The notes under the pieces: generated by a model
What the model was told of the DNA's origin: nothing
Database searches by the model: none
The model's input: the letters and a program-made list of their open reading frames with translations, nothing else
Assembly (NCBI GenBank): GCA_946965045.2
Contig: OX337228.1
Span: forward strand, 2,728,001 to 2,792,000
Origin: Epithemia pelagica
Taxonomy: Eukaryota > Protista > Bacillariophyta
Length of the DNA stretch: 64,000 nucleotides
Direction: 5' to 3'
Part shown: piece after piece, positions 18,895 through 30,377 of the stretch
Position numbering within the stretch: position 1 is the first letter of the stretch
Layout of the letters: every line of letters begins with the position of its first letter
Position numbers and translations under genes: made by a program

Positions 18895-19096
18895 AGCTGG
18901 CCTCTCTCTTGAAAGTTGCATACTGCATGCCGACTGGTTTGCGCAATTTAATGGCTTCAAGCACTAATGCCCTTTCCCTGACAATGATTGCCCTCCCAAC
19001 CCGCGGATCAAACCCACTTCAACAAAACTTGGTTCACCGCTCACCGCTCCCTCACAAAAATCGAACTTTCAGAGTAGTCCAAAACAAATCTCGAAA

Positions 19097-20376
19097 ATGG
19101 AAACTGTGCATCTCACGATGAAATCTCTCTCCGTATCTGCGGTCCATATCTTGCATGAGAAACCAAATTTTAACAACGTCTTTTCCGTCATCATGGCAGC
19201 AGCTCTGTTTTGGGCTGTGTTTATTGGTGTATTTTCCCCGCTTCTCCGCCGGATCGTTCGTGACAAGCCCTGGTTCGTTGCGGCAGCAGAACGAGATTAT
19301 CGTGTGCAAGCTAAGAAAATGCATGAACAACTTGGTGTCCCTAAGACTTTGGATGAATACATTGCTCATTATTATCAAATGTGGCCATGGTTTCAACTCG
19401 TTGCCACCCAACATTTTGTGGGAGGCTTGCTCTGTGTACCCGCGGTCTTTCACGTTGGCGGTCTCGACCCTGTTGTGTCGTCCAACCTTGCCTGCCTGGC
19501 AATATTGAGCGAAGTTGGATGGGAAGTAGAAGATACAATTGGATGGATGTACCAGAGATACTTCACAAAGGATGGTTACCAGACAGTCCCCTTTGTCTTT
19601 GTCGTTTTTCTTGTTTTCCATCACAGCTTGGCGTCTTTCATCGGAGTGCCAATGGTCCTGTATTTTGGAGAGTCCTCTGTCTTGCACTGGCTCTGCTTCG
19701 ATTTACAGTTAGCTGCAGGTGTTGGAGTGGCCATTGGAGAATATACAAAAACACTCGATGTGTCCAAGCCCTCCCAACTGCTTCAGTTTCAGGTACTTTC
19801 ATTCACAGCACTTGTCATCATGGTGTGGACGCGAGGAATCCATTACTTCTATCTTGCTTTTGGAATTGTTCAAATGCTCTACACCGACAAACAATGGCTA
19901 ATGATGGCAGCTGCAGTTGTTATCGGACTAAGCTTCACTGTTTTTAGTTGGGTAAGTGACCTTGTTTCAAGCTTTGTCCATTTTCTTGTAATAAATTTTA
20001 CTGACCATCAATGATCCCTCTTTCCCCAAAGGTCATCTGCATTGTGCCTTATTACCGACGATTCGTCAAGTTTATCAACGCATCGGCTCGTCACCAATCA
20101 CTTGATGATGATGTTGGTGTTGTCGAACGCCGGCAGTCTATGCTAAACTTGGAAGCAGCGGCCGCCGAACTGGCTAATTTTCAAGATGATGTGTTGACCG
20201 AAGGCTTGTCCGGAGCATTTGTGACTACTTCAACACCCGCACGAAGAGTCACACTGCCTCCCAATTTTTACAGATCGAAACGTCCTTCTGCCATTCTTGG
20301 AGCCACGTCTTTGTCGGAACTTTCAAGGGCTTTGAATACAGTGCAATCAGAGCGACATTTAATCAAAAGGTCATAG
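19097..20376 (+). CDS. Multi-pass membrane protein, TLC-domain-like; intron 19952-20031
   Basis: About 7 hydrophobic segments with GWEVED and FHHS motifs; donor TGG|GTAAGT and acceptor AAG|GTC join the two ORF-track frames. Confidence 0.7.
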
Positions 20377-20510
20377 AACCTGGAGCTCTTCAAGCGAACA
20401 ATAGATGCATGGTTGATTTCTCAATTCCGTGCCTAGAAATAGATGTTTTAACTTGATCATTTAAAATACAGATACTCCTCGTTGAGCTCTAAGGCAAAAG
20501 AAAGAGTCAC

Positions 20511-21716
20511 TCATTTTTTCATATCGGAGAGTTTCTGTACGAGTGGTTCATCGTTTTCTTCCTTGCCCGTGTTCAACATACGAGGATGAGCTACGAGAGC
20601 GGAATCAATGTTTCCGTAACGGTACGTGTACTTTTTGTACCATTCCACTGTGGTTGAAAGGCCTTCTTCCCATGACCATTCTTCTTTCCATCCCAATTCA
20701 TGAAGCTTTGAGGAGTTGATAGTGTAACGCAAATCATTGAACTTACGGTCCGGCACATACGTAATCCATTTTTCTTCTTCTTTCTCACGTCCGAATTTAC
20801 GAAGCAGCGAGCGTGCAACTTCAATGTTGGGAACTTCATTTTTACCACCAATGTTGTAAACATGTCCAGGGGTACCCTTGTGAAGAATAACGTCAAATGC
20901 CGATGCCACGTCCTTCACATACAAAAAATTCCGAGTATTGGACCCGTCACCGTGAATGGTCAAGGGGATCTGCTTGAGTAACTGATTGGTGAACTTTGGA
21001 ATGAGCTTTTCTGGGAATTGATGGGGTCCGTAAACATTGTTGCCGCGGGTGATTAAGCAAGGCAATTTAAAGGAACGGAAGTAGGACTTGACCAAAAACT
21101 CGGCACCTGCCTTGGTCGCCGCATAAGGATTGGTGGGTTCCAATACATGTTCCTCCGACATTGGGTCGGTTTCAAAGTCCTCGCCCTCTCCGTAAACTTC
21201 ATCCGTCGAGACATGAATGAATCGGCGAATCGATGGACAGCATTTGGCGGACTCTAGCAACACATGCGTGCCATAAATATTGGTTTGCGTGAATGCAAAT
21301 GAATTTCCAAACGAGTTGTCGACATGAGTCTGGGCGGCGAAATGCATAATAGTGTCAATCTTTTCCTCGCGGAGCACATAAGAGACGAGATCTGGAGAGG
21401 CAATGTCACCCTTTACGAACTTGAAATTGGGCCGATCAAAGAGTTCTTCGAGATTTGCTAGGCAGGCACAATAATCCAACTTATCGTACACCACAATATT
21501 GTAGTTCGGATACTTTTGACATAGAAGGATGGCCACATGAGATGCAATGAAACCTGGATTTGAGACGTGTAACACGGTGTGAGATACGAATGTCATTGAT
21601 GTAGGCAAGCGGTGCATCAGAAAACATTACAACCATCCGACCAACTCACCCGCTCCTCCCGTCACAAGAATATTCTTGGGCTCGTAGGGATCGCCATTGG
21701 ATGAAGCTTCTGCCAT
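20511..21716 (-). CDS. UDP/dTDP-glucose 4,6-dehydratase (RmlB/RHM N-terminal type); intron 21554-21649
   Basis: NILVTGGA|GFIASH Rossmann motif after splicing; HFAAQTHVDNSF, HVSTDEVYG, YAATK, RGNNVYGP. Confidence 0.92.
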
Positions 21717-22145
21717 TTTAGGAGTTTCCAATTCAATGTAATAACAACAACGATACTCGAGAAGTGCGCAACAATTGCGCCAAGTCTTCTCGCTTGGCAA
21801 TGACCGTCATGGAAGACTTTGTGGCGACGAACGATCGGGCGAGACTTCCAAAGACGACGCTGGAAGGAGAAGGTGCATACATCAATGAAGATCCGATCCC
21901 CCAAGAAAGGCATGATCGATTTAGAGGTAACGCGTGCACATAATAGAGACTGCCGGGCGTGTACATAGGGACTTGCACGCATGCTTCTCATGCACGCACG
22001 GCGAGAAAAGCCGACGTTCAAAATTGGGTGTAAAGCCCGCACCCGCACCGGACCGGGTGCAAGTTTGACCCCCAAAAAGGCGAATGAATGAGCAAAAAAT
22101 AAAAAAACAACACAACCAATGATCGTTCTGTGATACCGTCATACG

Positions 22146-24854
22146 ATGCCTCTCTTGGACGATAGTCATGATGGTAATTCTGATCACGAAGAAAGTTCAC
22201 CTTCGTCCTATTTTGATGGACAAGACAAATTAGAGGATGCTGATTCAGACACACTTCGAATTCTATTGTCCACTGATAATCACCTAGGATATGAAGAGAA
22301 CGATGATGTGAGAGGCAAGTCGCATCAACACTGGTAGATGCCGTGACATTCTTTTGTTTAGAAATCTTACGTTGTCTTGATTCCGACACAGGATTGGATT
22401 CGTTCGTTGCATTCGAAGAAGTGTTGTACCTTGCCAGACGATATCGATGCGACATGGTGCTGTTGGCGGGAGATTTGTTTCATGAGAATCGTCCAAGTCG
22501 CCGAACACTTTACAAGACCATGGATATCTTACGTCGTTATACAATGGGTGATAATCCGGTTCAAGTTCAAATTTTGGGCAATCCGCAACCTATCAACTAC
22601 TTGAACCCCCATGTACGTTTTTGTCCCTTTCTCTCTTGCTTGCATGAAAATCTGTCTTGTTTCTCACTTGCTGGTATTTTTGACAGGTGTCAGTGGACTT
22701 ACCAATCTTTGGGATTCATGGCAACCACGATGATCCGAGTGAGTGTACTTGCAAAGCGGCGTTTCGGTTCCAATGACTACCTAATCCTAACTTTGGCGTA
22801 CGTGAATCACAGCTCGTGACGGCGGTGACTTATTAGCAGCGATGGATCTGTTGCACGTAAATTTATTGGTCAACTATTTTGGGCGACAAACGGAAGTATC
22901 ACAGGTACAAATCCCTCCCGTTCTTTTACAAAAAGGTTCCAGTCGCGTGGCCTTGTACGGTTTGGGAGCAATGCGGGAGGAACGTCTTCATCGCATGTGG
23001 CGCGAAGGAAAAGTATCTTTTCTACGTCCAGAACATGAAAATGGAAAGAGAACAGAAGAGGACGACGAAGAGGACGACGATAATCAAGAGGACGAAGATG
23101 AATTCTTTAACATTTTCGCCTTGCATCAAAACCGTGACGTAGGACGCGGTAGCAAGAACTGTGTTCAAGAATCCATGATCCCGGAATGGATGGATGTTGT
23201 TGTATGGGGACACGAGCATGAATGCCTCATTGACTTTACAGAATCAGTCCTAGGTACATTTCGAATTACACAACCTGGGTCGTCGGTGGCAACAAGTTTA
23301 GTCGCTGGCGAAGCTGTTACCAAGAAAATTGGCATCATGGACGTTCGAGGCAAAAACTTCCGTCTCCATACTGTGCCTTTAACACAAATCCGGTCATTTG
23401 TTACCAATGAAGTTGTCTTGTCGCAGCACAGGTCACGTCTTGATCCCGAAGACAATCGGATTGACATAAAAATCACGAGAGCTTTGGAAGAAGAAGTTCG
23501 ATTAATGATATTAAATGCGCAAGAGAAACAAGAGTCGATAAAGCAAGAAGCTGGCGCAGCAGGCAGCAACGTACCACAACTGATCGCCCAACAACAGGGC
23601 AAGGGGACGGGCACCCATCCATATCTCCGCTACACATTGGTACATCCAGAAAAGGTTCTTGTTCGAATTCGCGTAGAACATACAGGCTTTTCCACCCTGA
23701 ATAACCAACGCTTTGGCGCCAAATTTGTGGACGAGATTGCCAATAGCGACAATATTCTCCTTTTTCATCGCAGAAAGTCGGCGAGAGATCCTTCAGCTTC
23801 GAATGCCTCTGCTGGGGTGAAAGCAGCACGTGTGAAGATGAAGCAAATGGAACCTGAAGATTTGGAAGGCACGCATATGGAAGATTTAGTGAGAGATTTT
23901 TTGGAACTGCCCAACCAGTATGTTGCTCCAGGGTTGCGAAATGAAATTTATGTTTATTGGTGCTCAACCACATGTTTTCTTTTTCCTTACAGAAAGCTGA
24001 CAATTCTAGAAGAGAAGACACTCTCAGAAGCTATGGAGGCGTTTGTCGATAAGAATACCACACAATCTATACCCGATTCCACCCATGCACAATTGCGGCA
24101 CAAGCAAAAGACTTTAATCAAGAACAGAGACGTGAATCGAGGGTCTGAAGTTCGACAGGCGGTCGAGGAATCACAGCTAGACAACAAACGATCGTCGAGA
24201 TCCGGAGGCAGTGATGACGATGTCGCAGATGACGAGCCGTCCGGAGAAGTGGAGGAAGTTGGGGTTGATCGCAGCAAAAAGACTGGGACGAAGAAAGGAA
24301 GGACTGCGGATGACGATGAATCGGATAACGAAGACCGTATGAGTGTTTCGCCAGCGAAACGGAAACGAACTGGGACGAGTCGGACGACCTTATCGCAACG
24401 CCAACGCAATTCACTGGATGAGGACAGCGACGATGACCAAATATCTGCCAGTAAATCCCGTCCGGTAGGACGCTCAACATCGCGCCGTGCTGTTTCAAAA
24501 AAGAATTACCAAGTTGGACACAGTGATGACGAGGAGAATGTGGATGATGATGATGTCGTTGAAGTCGCTCAACCTAAGAAAAAATCAACTCGCGCTGTTC
24601 CAAAAAAGAAGTACAAAGTCGGAGATAGTGATGACGATGGTGTAGAAGTCGTTCAACCAAAGAAAAAATCAACTCGGGCTACTGCAAAGTCCACGAGACA
24701 ACGAGCGGCAGCATCTTCAAGCACACGGAAGCGATCTAGTAAAAAGACTTCCTATATGGAGAGCGAGGATGAGGACGACTTTAGTAGAGGAGGTTCATCA
24801 GGTGCATTCCTCGATGAAGATTGGGGCTCTGCTGCGACGAGGAGCCAACTTTGA
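22146..24854 (+). CDS. MRE11: MRE11 double-strand break repair nuclease; introns 22315-22391 (GC-AG), 22613-22686, 22739-22812, 23918-23992
   Basis: Phosphoesterase motifs TDNHLGY, GDLFH, HGNHDDP, LHQNR, WGHEHEC, QPGSSVATSL reconstructed by splicing. Confidence 0.95.
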
Positions 24855-24949
24855 GTATCCTCGCCTTACTAGAGGGACGGAGAAATGCAAAGTAGGATGA
24901 ATACTTTCCAATCCCTTCACATTTTTTCCGAAACCTTCTTAACCCCACT

Positions 24950-26176
24950 TTATTCTCCGTCTGGCTCTGAATCATCGTCTTCATCCAGTCCCATTGAATG
25001 CATCAAATTCATCAAAACAACTGCAGCATCTCCAGCCCTTTGACGTCTTTCTTCATCAGTCATTTTGCCTGATCGCGACATTTCCCTTATACTGGCGGCT
25101 TGTTTCAAGGCTCCATCAAGTTGATCCATTCTTCGTTCTTGATCACGTTCTTTCGCAATTTTTTCTCGATCACACGCGTCGTCAGTAGTGGAGAGCAATC
25201 TGTCGTCGTCTTCTGCTTCACTGTCTTGTAACAGAGCTTGTCGGGCTTGTTCCAACCTCGCTTCATCAGATATTTCAGCAGCTTTCTCCATTTCCTTCTC
25301 TTCCGAATCACCGTTGTTCAGTGATGGATCCAATGACTTTGCGAGAAGAGACGGATCCGGTGGAAGGTAATTGTTTTCTTCATTGGTCTTGCCATCCTCG
25401 TCATCTGCTATTCGTTGCTGTTGTGCAGTTTCTTGGTAGGACTGCTTCAACTGCTGGGTCTTTGACTTTTCCATGACTGCAGATGACCAGACAGTGCCAG
25501 CGATAGCCTCCACAATCCGAGCAAATCCCTCCTTGTCTCGTTCATCGTGCCCTTTCGCAAGACCCTGTGGACTAAGGTCAGCTTCTACATACTCATAACC
25601 ACGATCTAGGCACCATAGGATCCGCCTCGAATATTCCTCCTCGTACTCTCTTCCTCGCAATTCTGACGCATCCATGGGTCCCATGGAGACGCCTACACAT
25701 AGTCTCAGAAGATCACCTCCACCATTTTCAACAGCACGATCGTGCACAGAATTTAATGAATCGAAAGATGCAGCCAGAGACATGGGAAGGTCCGGATTCG
25801 AACGTGCAGCATCAAACGCCAGTACAATTCCATCTTCTTTGTGAAATAATCCATCCGTGACTTCTAGTCCGGCGGCATTGTCCCCTTCTGCGATCGGATT
25901 GTCGACTGATTGGAAGATGAGTTGGGCTTTAAAGTAGCGATTCGCCACTTGAAAGCGCCCTCCTGTTGTTTCAGAGAGCGTTCCTTGTTGATCTCCTTGC
26001 TCGTTGCCCCCTTGGGCAGCACTTTCGTCGACATCAGTTTCAATTGCCACTAAAAGCTCTTGATGTTTCCTATGAAAATGATCAAGCACAGCGTTTTTCA
26101 ATATGGTGGCCGAAACATTCTCGTGGGTTGGACCAAAGCGAAGAACCGAAAGATATGCCGTGGGAGAAGAGCCCAT
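24950..26176 (-). CDS. AAGAB: Alpha/gamma-adaptin-binding protein p34 (AAGAB/Irc6-like)
   Basis: NRYFKAQL, DGIVLAFD, WCLDRGYEYVE, GFARIVEAIAGTVWS, and a C-terminal helical acidic region. Confidence 0.75.
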   Translation of the reverse strand: MGSSPTAYLSVLRFGPTHENVSATILKNAVLDHFHRKHQELLVAIETDVDESAAQGGNEQGDQQGTLSETTGGRFQVANRYFKAQLIFQSVDNPIAEGDNAAGLEVTDGLFHKEDGIVLAFDAARSNPDLPMSLAASFDSLNSVHDRAVENGGGDLLRLCVGVSMGPMDASELRGREYEEEYSRRILWCLDRGYEYVEADLSPQGLAKGHDERDKEGFARIVEAIAGTVWSSAVMEKSKTQQLKQSYQETAQQQRIADDEDGKTNEENNYLPPDPSLLAKSLDPSLNNGDSEEKEMEKAAEISDEARLEQARQALLQDSEAEDDDRLLSTTDDACDREKIAKERDQERRMDQLDGALKQAASIREMSRSGKMTDEERRQRAGDAAVVLMNLMHSMGLDEDDDSEPDGE

Positions 26177-26448
26177 GGTCGTTCAAGTAAAAAGACAAGA
26201 AAAAGAGGAGTGGCAAAATTAAAAGCATTTTTGATTTTTTCTGGTAGTTTTTAAGCGACTCACGTGAGACGGACAATGCTATCCATCCCTGCCACCGCTC
26301 ATCTCCCAAGGGTTACTCCTAGATTTTATGGATTGCATCATCCCGACACCACAGTCAGTGTTGCATACTTCTGCTTCGTCTTGTGCCATTGTGTCTCCGT
26401 CATCTTTGAGGCCTACCCTCTTTCATTTATAACCACTGAAGCATACAG

Positions 26449-29400
26449 ATGCCATGGAAATGGCTTGGAGACTCACCTATCGCGCGAGAAATAAAAATGA
26501 GCAATGGTGGCGACAACCACGACCAAATCGCTCTGCTTCGACCACAAACAATACCACTGCATATTACTACCCATGAGCGTACGAGTTGGAGGTACATTCT
26601 TTTCTTGTTTGGCTTACTTTTTGTTGCAACTGTATCTTTCAATATACCTGTGATAGAACCTAGGGCATCAGTCCGACCATTGATTTCCTCCACTCTTTCG
26701 AAGACCTCCGCCACCTCCTTTACAGAAACAAGTCAAAGAATACGATTTTCCCTGTCGATGTTGCCGGATGGCCGAAGCTTCGATTCGGATGTAAACCGAC
26801 ACTTAGTATCCTTTTCAGATGATTCATTTGCTGATGGAGCAACCAGCAACGGAAACGAGGAAGGCGAGGACAACTTGCTGTCGCCGTCACCAGAGAAATC
26901 AGGTGCACCTCAGTCAACGTCCCCGCCCTATGAGTCTCTCGCAGACAACGTCAACGACGATCGAAAATCGTCTATGAACACAACAGCGATGAGGAATACG
27001 CCGATCATAAGTGGCCGTTCTTCTGGAGGGGCAGGCGGCTCTCGTTTTGCGGAGTCGACTTTGCTTCCTCCTCCACCAACATCTGGTCAGAACTCTAGCT
27101 CAACGACTGGTTTCAAACGAGTCCACATGAGACGAGGAAAGGATAACAGTCGGCATTACTATCAATTACGAAAGCCCTCTTCCTCGACCGTCGATGCGTC
27201 GAGCAGGGCCTCGTGGAGACCGTCGAACAAACGACCTCCCGTATCTCGTCTACGGACTGGCAAACAACATTCCATACCCCAAGCACCAGGGCGTCAACGC
27301 TTGAAGAACAACAGCCTGCGAAACTCGAACTCGTCGACTTCCTATTCATCGCTTTTACCGCCACCGTTGTCAAAATCAATGTGGACCGCTACAGACGATG
27401 GTGATAGCCCTCCCTCACCTGGTCTGTCGTCATGGGAAGATTTTTTGGGAACGGTTTCTTTAAGCGGAAACGTTCCATCCAGCTCATCGGAGTCCAGCAA
27501 CGTAACTAATCCTCCAAATGTTTCCTCACTTAATGCGACGGAAGGTGGTGATAACGATCCAAACCCAGGAGAGGATGAACAAAACCAAAACCCGGACGAA
27601 ACGGGTACACCAGGAGCTAAGGTACAACAACAATTGCCCGCATTTGGTGATCTCTTCCCTCCGTCTCTTGCGACGTCTCCCCCTAAAACTACTTCTCGCG
27701 TGTTCCAGCGGAGTCCGTTTTCTGTGTCGAGAGACGGCGGCTCTACATCGTCAGGGCCACTGGAAGGTGTACTACCAGTTTCCGATCTTTTCTATCACGT
27801 CGATGTTAACTTTGATTCGAGCGATCCATCTTCGGTGAACGGCGGACTCCAAAACTCCATGAATGGAAAAATTCACTCAGAGGAAGCCCTTTCCCCGCCG
27901 CAACCCAGTAAGGAGCAGCTCGAAATGATCAAAAAGGCTGGCAAAAGAAAGGAAACGGGAAGGAAGATGGTCCGTAGGGGCATGGAAATGTTGGTCGGTG
28001 GGGTCCCAATAAGCGCAGATCCACCACAGCGAGCATTAGAAATATATTACGAACATGACAAAGAGAATGGCGAGGAAAACTGGGCCTCTGCGATTTGTAC
28101 AAATACAGATGAATATGGTCCACTCCTTTGTCGTACCGAAGTAGACGCGGTTCCTTTGGTTGAGAGAGGACTTTTCTGTGAGTTCTTTGCGAATTACTCG
28201 ATCAAGTGGGAGATATGCCCTGATTACTTGAAGAGTATTGTGAAGAACTACGTAAATGAGCAGTCAATAGATGGGGAGATGGACAGGTTTGCCATATCTG
28301 AATCCCGCGATGGAACTCAGAATACTTCGTTTGCTGAAGTCGAAACCGAAAGTGATGATGAGGACGACGACCCATTTCTTCAGGACCATGTCCCAACGCA
28401 TGATGAAGAAGATGAGGAAGATGGAATGCTGTTGATACTTGTTCGCCCGCAGAGGGAAGGGGGTATGGCGATATCGACAGAAAGCGATACCGATGCAAAC
28501 CTAAGAAATTCAACCGATGAAGTAGCCTACGAGTTTCATATCGGAAAGGTCGAAATCGGAATCAACGTTTCTATTGAGCTGCTAAACTCAACTAATGCAG
28601 ATCGAAAAGACATCATGAAGTCAGTGCTGACGAATGGATTGATTTCGGCATTGGGAGACCAACTTATGGGAATGATTCCACGGATATCTCGGTTCGCCAT
28701 GTTTGGTCTGGATAACGGATCAACAAGAGTAGCAGCTGATTTTGTTGTTCGATGCACTGTGCAAGCAGGAATCCCCGATGAAGAAATTCTTCAAAGGGCA
28801 AAGCAACTGGCAGCCGCGTTTGCAATGTCTGCTGAAGGTGATATAGCTCTGGAAGCTTCCCATGCTTCACGGCTAGAATCTAGATGGTCACCTGAAATCA
28901 GGGAGCTTGTTGCTGAGGAATTTTTGGTGGATGACAATGACGATGAAGAGGAGGCGGGAACGTGTAGCCAGGATAGGGCGATGAACTGGACTCTGACTAG
29001 ATCTTCGCAAGTGGATACCCCGTCGAATGACGAGCAGGAGGACAACGCTGTTACCACACGCGAGTTCATCGAAGAGCCTGTTCCTTCTGCTTCCTCTTCT
29101 CGAGAGAGCGTGTTGTCAGTTCCCAGCGAAAGCATTCTTCTTCCTTCGAGTCGTGAAGAGCTGATCCTGTCAACCTCTACTTATGCAAATTATTCAGCGG
29201 ACAACGCTTTGTTTGCTCCGTACAAGGGAGAGCTGGGACTGCGTTTGGTGGATGCTGTTGTTCAGAGATATAAGGAGAGACATCCCCGCGTTATCGCCAT
29301 TGGTGACGTTCACGGCTGCATTGATGAGTTAAAAGATTTGCTTCGTCAATGTGACTACAGTCCTGGGGATCTTGTTGTCTTTTTAGGAGACCTCGTTTGC

Positions 29401-29964
29401 AAGGGCCCTGATAGCGTTTCTGTTGTCCAGATGGCTCGTGAAATTGGCGCTCTGGGTGTTCGTGGGAACCATGATTTTGAAGTGATTCGATGGCACAGGG
29501 CGATCATGGCGGGTGTGGATCCGCCAACTCCGCGCTCGGAGCACTTCTTCATTGCGTCCAGGCTTGGCAAGCAAGATGTTAAGTGGATGTGCAATCTACC
29601 ATGGTATATTTCAAGCAACGACCTCAGTGCTTTGTTTGTACACGCTGGATTTGTATCTGGGATACGCCTGTCAAAACAGAACCCTCGTCTCATGACCAAC
29701 ATGCGCTCCATTCTCCCCGACGGCACTGTGACCTCCAAATTTTTTAACAACTGGCCATGGGCTCGTCTGTGGGATGGCCCACAGACTGTACTGTTTGGCC
29801 ATGATGCTGATCGTGGTCTTCAGCAATACGAGCACGCCATTGGACTGGATACGGGCTGTGTGTATGGAGGACAGCTCACGGCCTGTATTTTGCCCGAACG
29901 TAGGTTTGTCAGTGTCAATGCTCGTCGAGAATATTTCAAGTACCGCCGGAAACACTACGACTAG
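26449..29964 (+). CDS. Large protein with N-terminal hydrophobic segment and C-terminal ApaH-like (ALPH) metallophosphoesterase domain
   Basis: IGDVHGC, GDLVCKGP, RGNHD, VHAG, VLFGHD, LDTGCVYGG; long low-complexity Ser/Pro linker. Confidence 0.85.
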   Translation: MPWKWLGDSPIAREIKMSNGGDNHDQIALLRPQTIPLHITTHERTSWRYILFLFGLLFVATVSFNIPVIEPRASVRPLISSTLSKTSATSFTETSQRIRFSLSMLPDGRSFDSDVNRHLVSFSDDSFADGATSNGNEEGEDNLLSPSPEKSGAPQSTSPPYESLADNVNDDRKSSMNTTAMRNTPIISGRSSGGAGGSRFAESTLLPPPPTSGQNSSSTTGFKRVHMRRGKDNSRHYYQLRKPSSSTVDASSRASWRPSNKRPPVSRLRTGKQHSIPQAPGRQRLKNNSLRNSNSSTSYSSLLPPPLSKSMWTATDDGDSPPSPGLSSWEDFLGTVSLSGNVPSSSSESSNVTNPPNVSSLNATEGGDNDPNPGEDEQNQNPDETGTPGAKVQQQLPAFGDLFPPSLATSPPKTTSRVFQRSPFSVSRDGGSTSSGPLEGVLPVSDLFYHVDVNFDSSDPSSVNGGLQNSMNGKIHSEEALSPPQPSKEQLEMIKKAGKRKETGRKMVRRGMEMLVGGVPISADPPQRALEIYYEHDKENGEENWASAICTNTDEYGPLLCRTEVDAVPLVERGLFCEFFANYSIKWEICPDYLKSIVKNYVNEQSIDGEMDRFAISESRDGTQNTSFAEVETESDDEDDDPFLQDHVPTHDEEDEEDGMLLILVRPQREGGMAISTESDTDANLRNSTDEVAYEFHIGKVEIGINVSIELLNSTNADRKDIMKSVLTNGLISALGDQLMGMIPRISRFAMFGLDNGSTRVAADFVVRCTVQAGIPDEEILQRAKQLAAAFAMSAEGDIALEASHASRLESRWSPEIRELVAEEFLVDDNDDEEEAGTCSQDRAMNWTLTRSSQVDTPSNDEQEDNAVTTREFIEEPVPSASSSRESVLSVPSESILLPSSREELILSTSTYANYSADNALFAPYKGELGLRLVDAVVQRYKERHPRVIAIGDVHGCIDELKDLLRQCDYSPGDLVVFLGDLVCKGPDSVSVVQMAREIGALGVRGNHDFEVIRWHRAIMAGVDPPTPRSEHFFIASRLGKQDVKWMCNLPWYISSNDLSALFVHAGFVSGIRLSKQNPRLMTNMRSILPDGTVTSKFFNNWPWARLWDGPQTVLFGHDADRGLQQYEHAIGLDTGCVYGGQLTACILPERRFVSVNARREYFKYRRKHYD

Positions 29965-30377
29965 AAAGGGCGACCTGCGAAGTGGGTCCTTGAGGGCATT
30001 TCCCCTTGCGACATTTCCTTTCGAAAACACTTTGGACCTGCACATAAGGAACTCGATGCAGTTTTCGCTGCAGTTCCTGTTCGACGTTTGTCGGAGTCCG
30101 GTTTGGCATTTTGAGTGGGTCCCACTCTGAGCCTCGGACCAACGTCTACTTTGATTGCGCAATTGATGGAACAAAGGAACAGGCCAATGAAAATCAGTTG
30201 TAACTAAGGGTTAATAAATCCGAAGCGGCAATTCTAGAACCAATTCCTGAAAGGGTGCCGTATCATGGGGAAAGCAAAAGACATGGCGAACAATATCGGT
30301 TTCCCTATGCAAAAGTGGTTTTGATTCAAAATCGCGAGTAGAATCTTATAGGTTGAAGTAGCCACAACTCATTGTAT

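Noticed and set aside
30113-30127. GAGTGGG-T-CCCACTC palindrome downstream of the phosphatase gene
   Set aside because: Short enough to occur by chance; no accompanying features.
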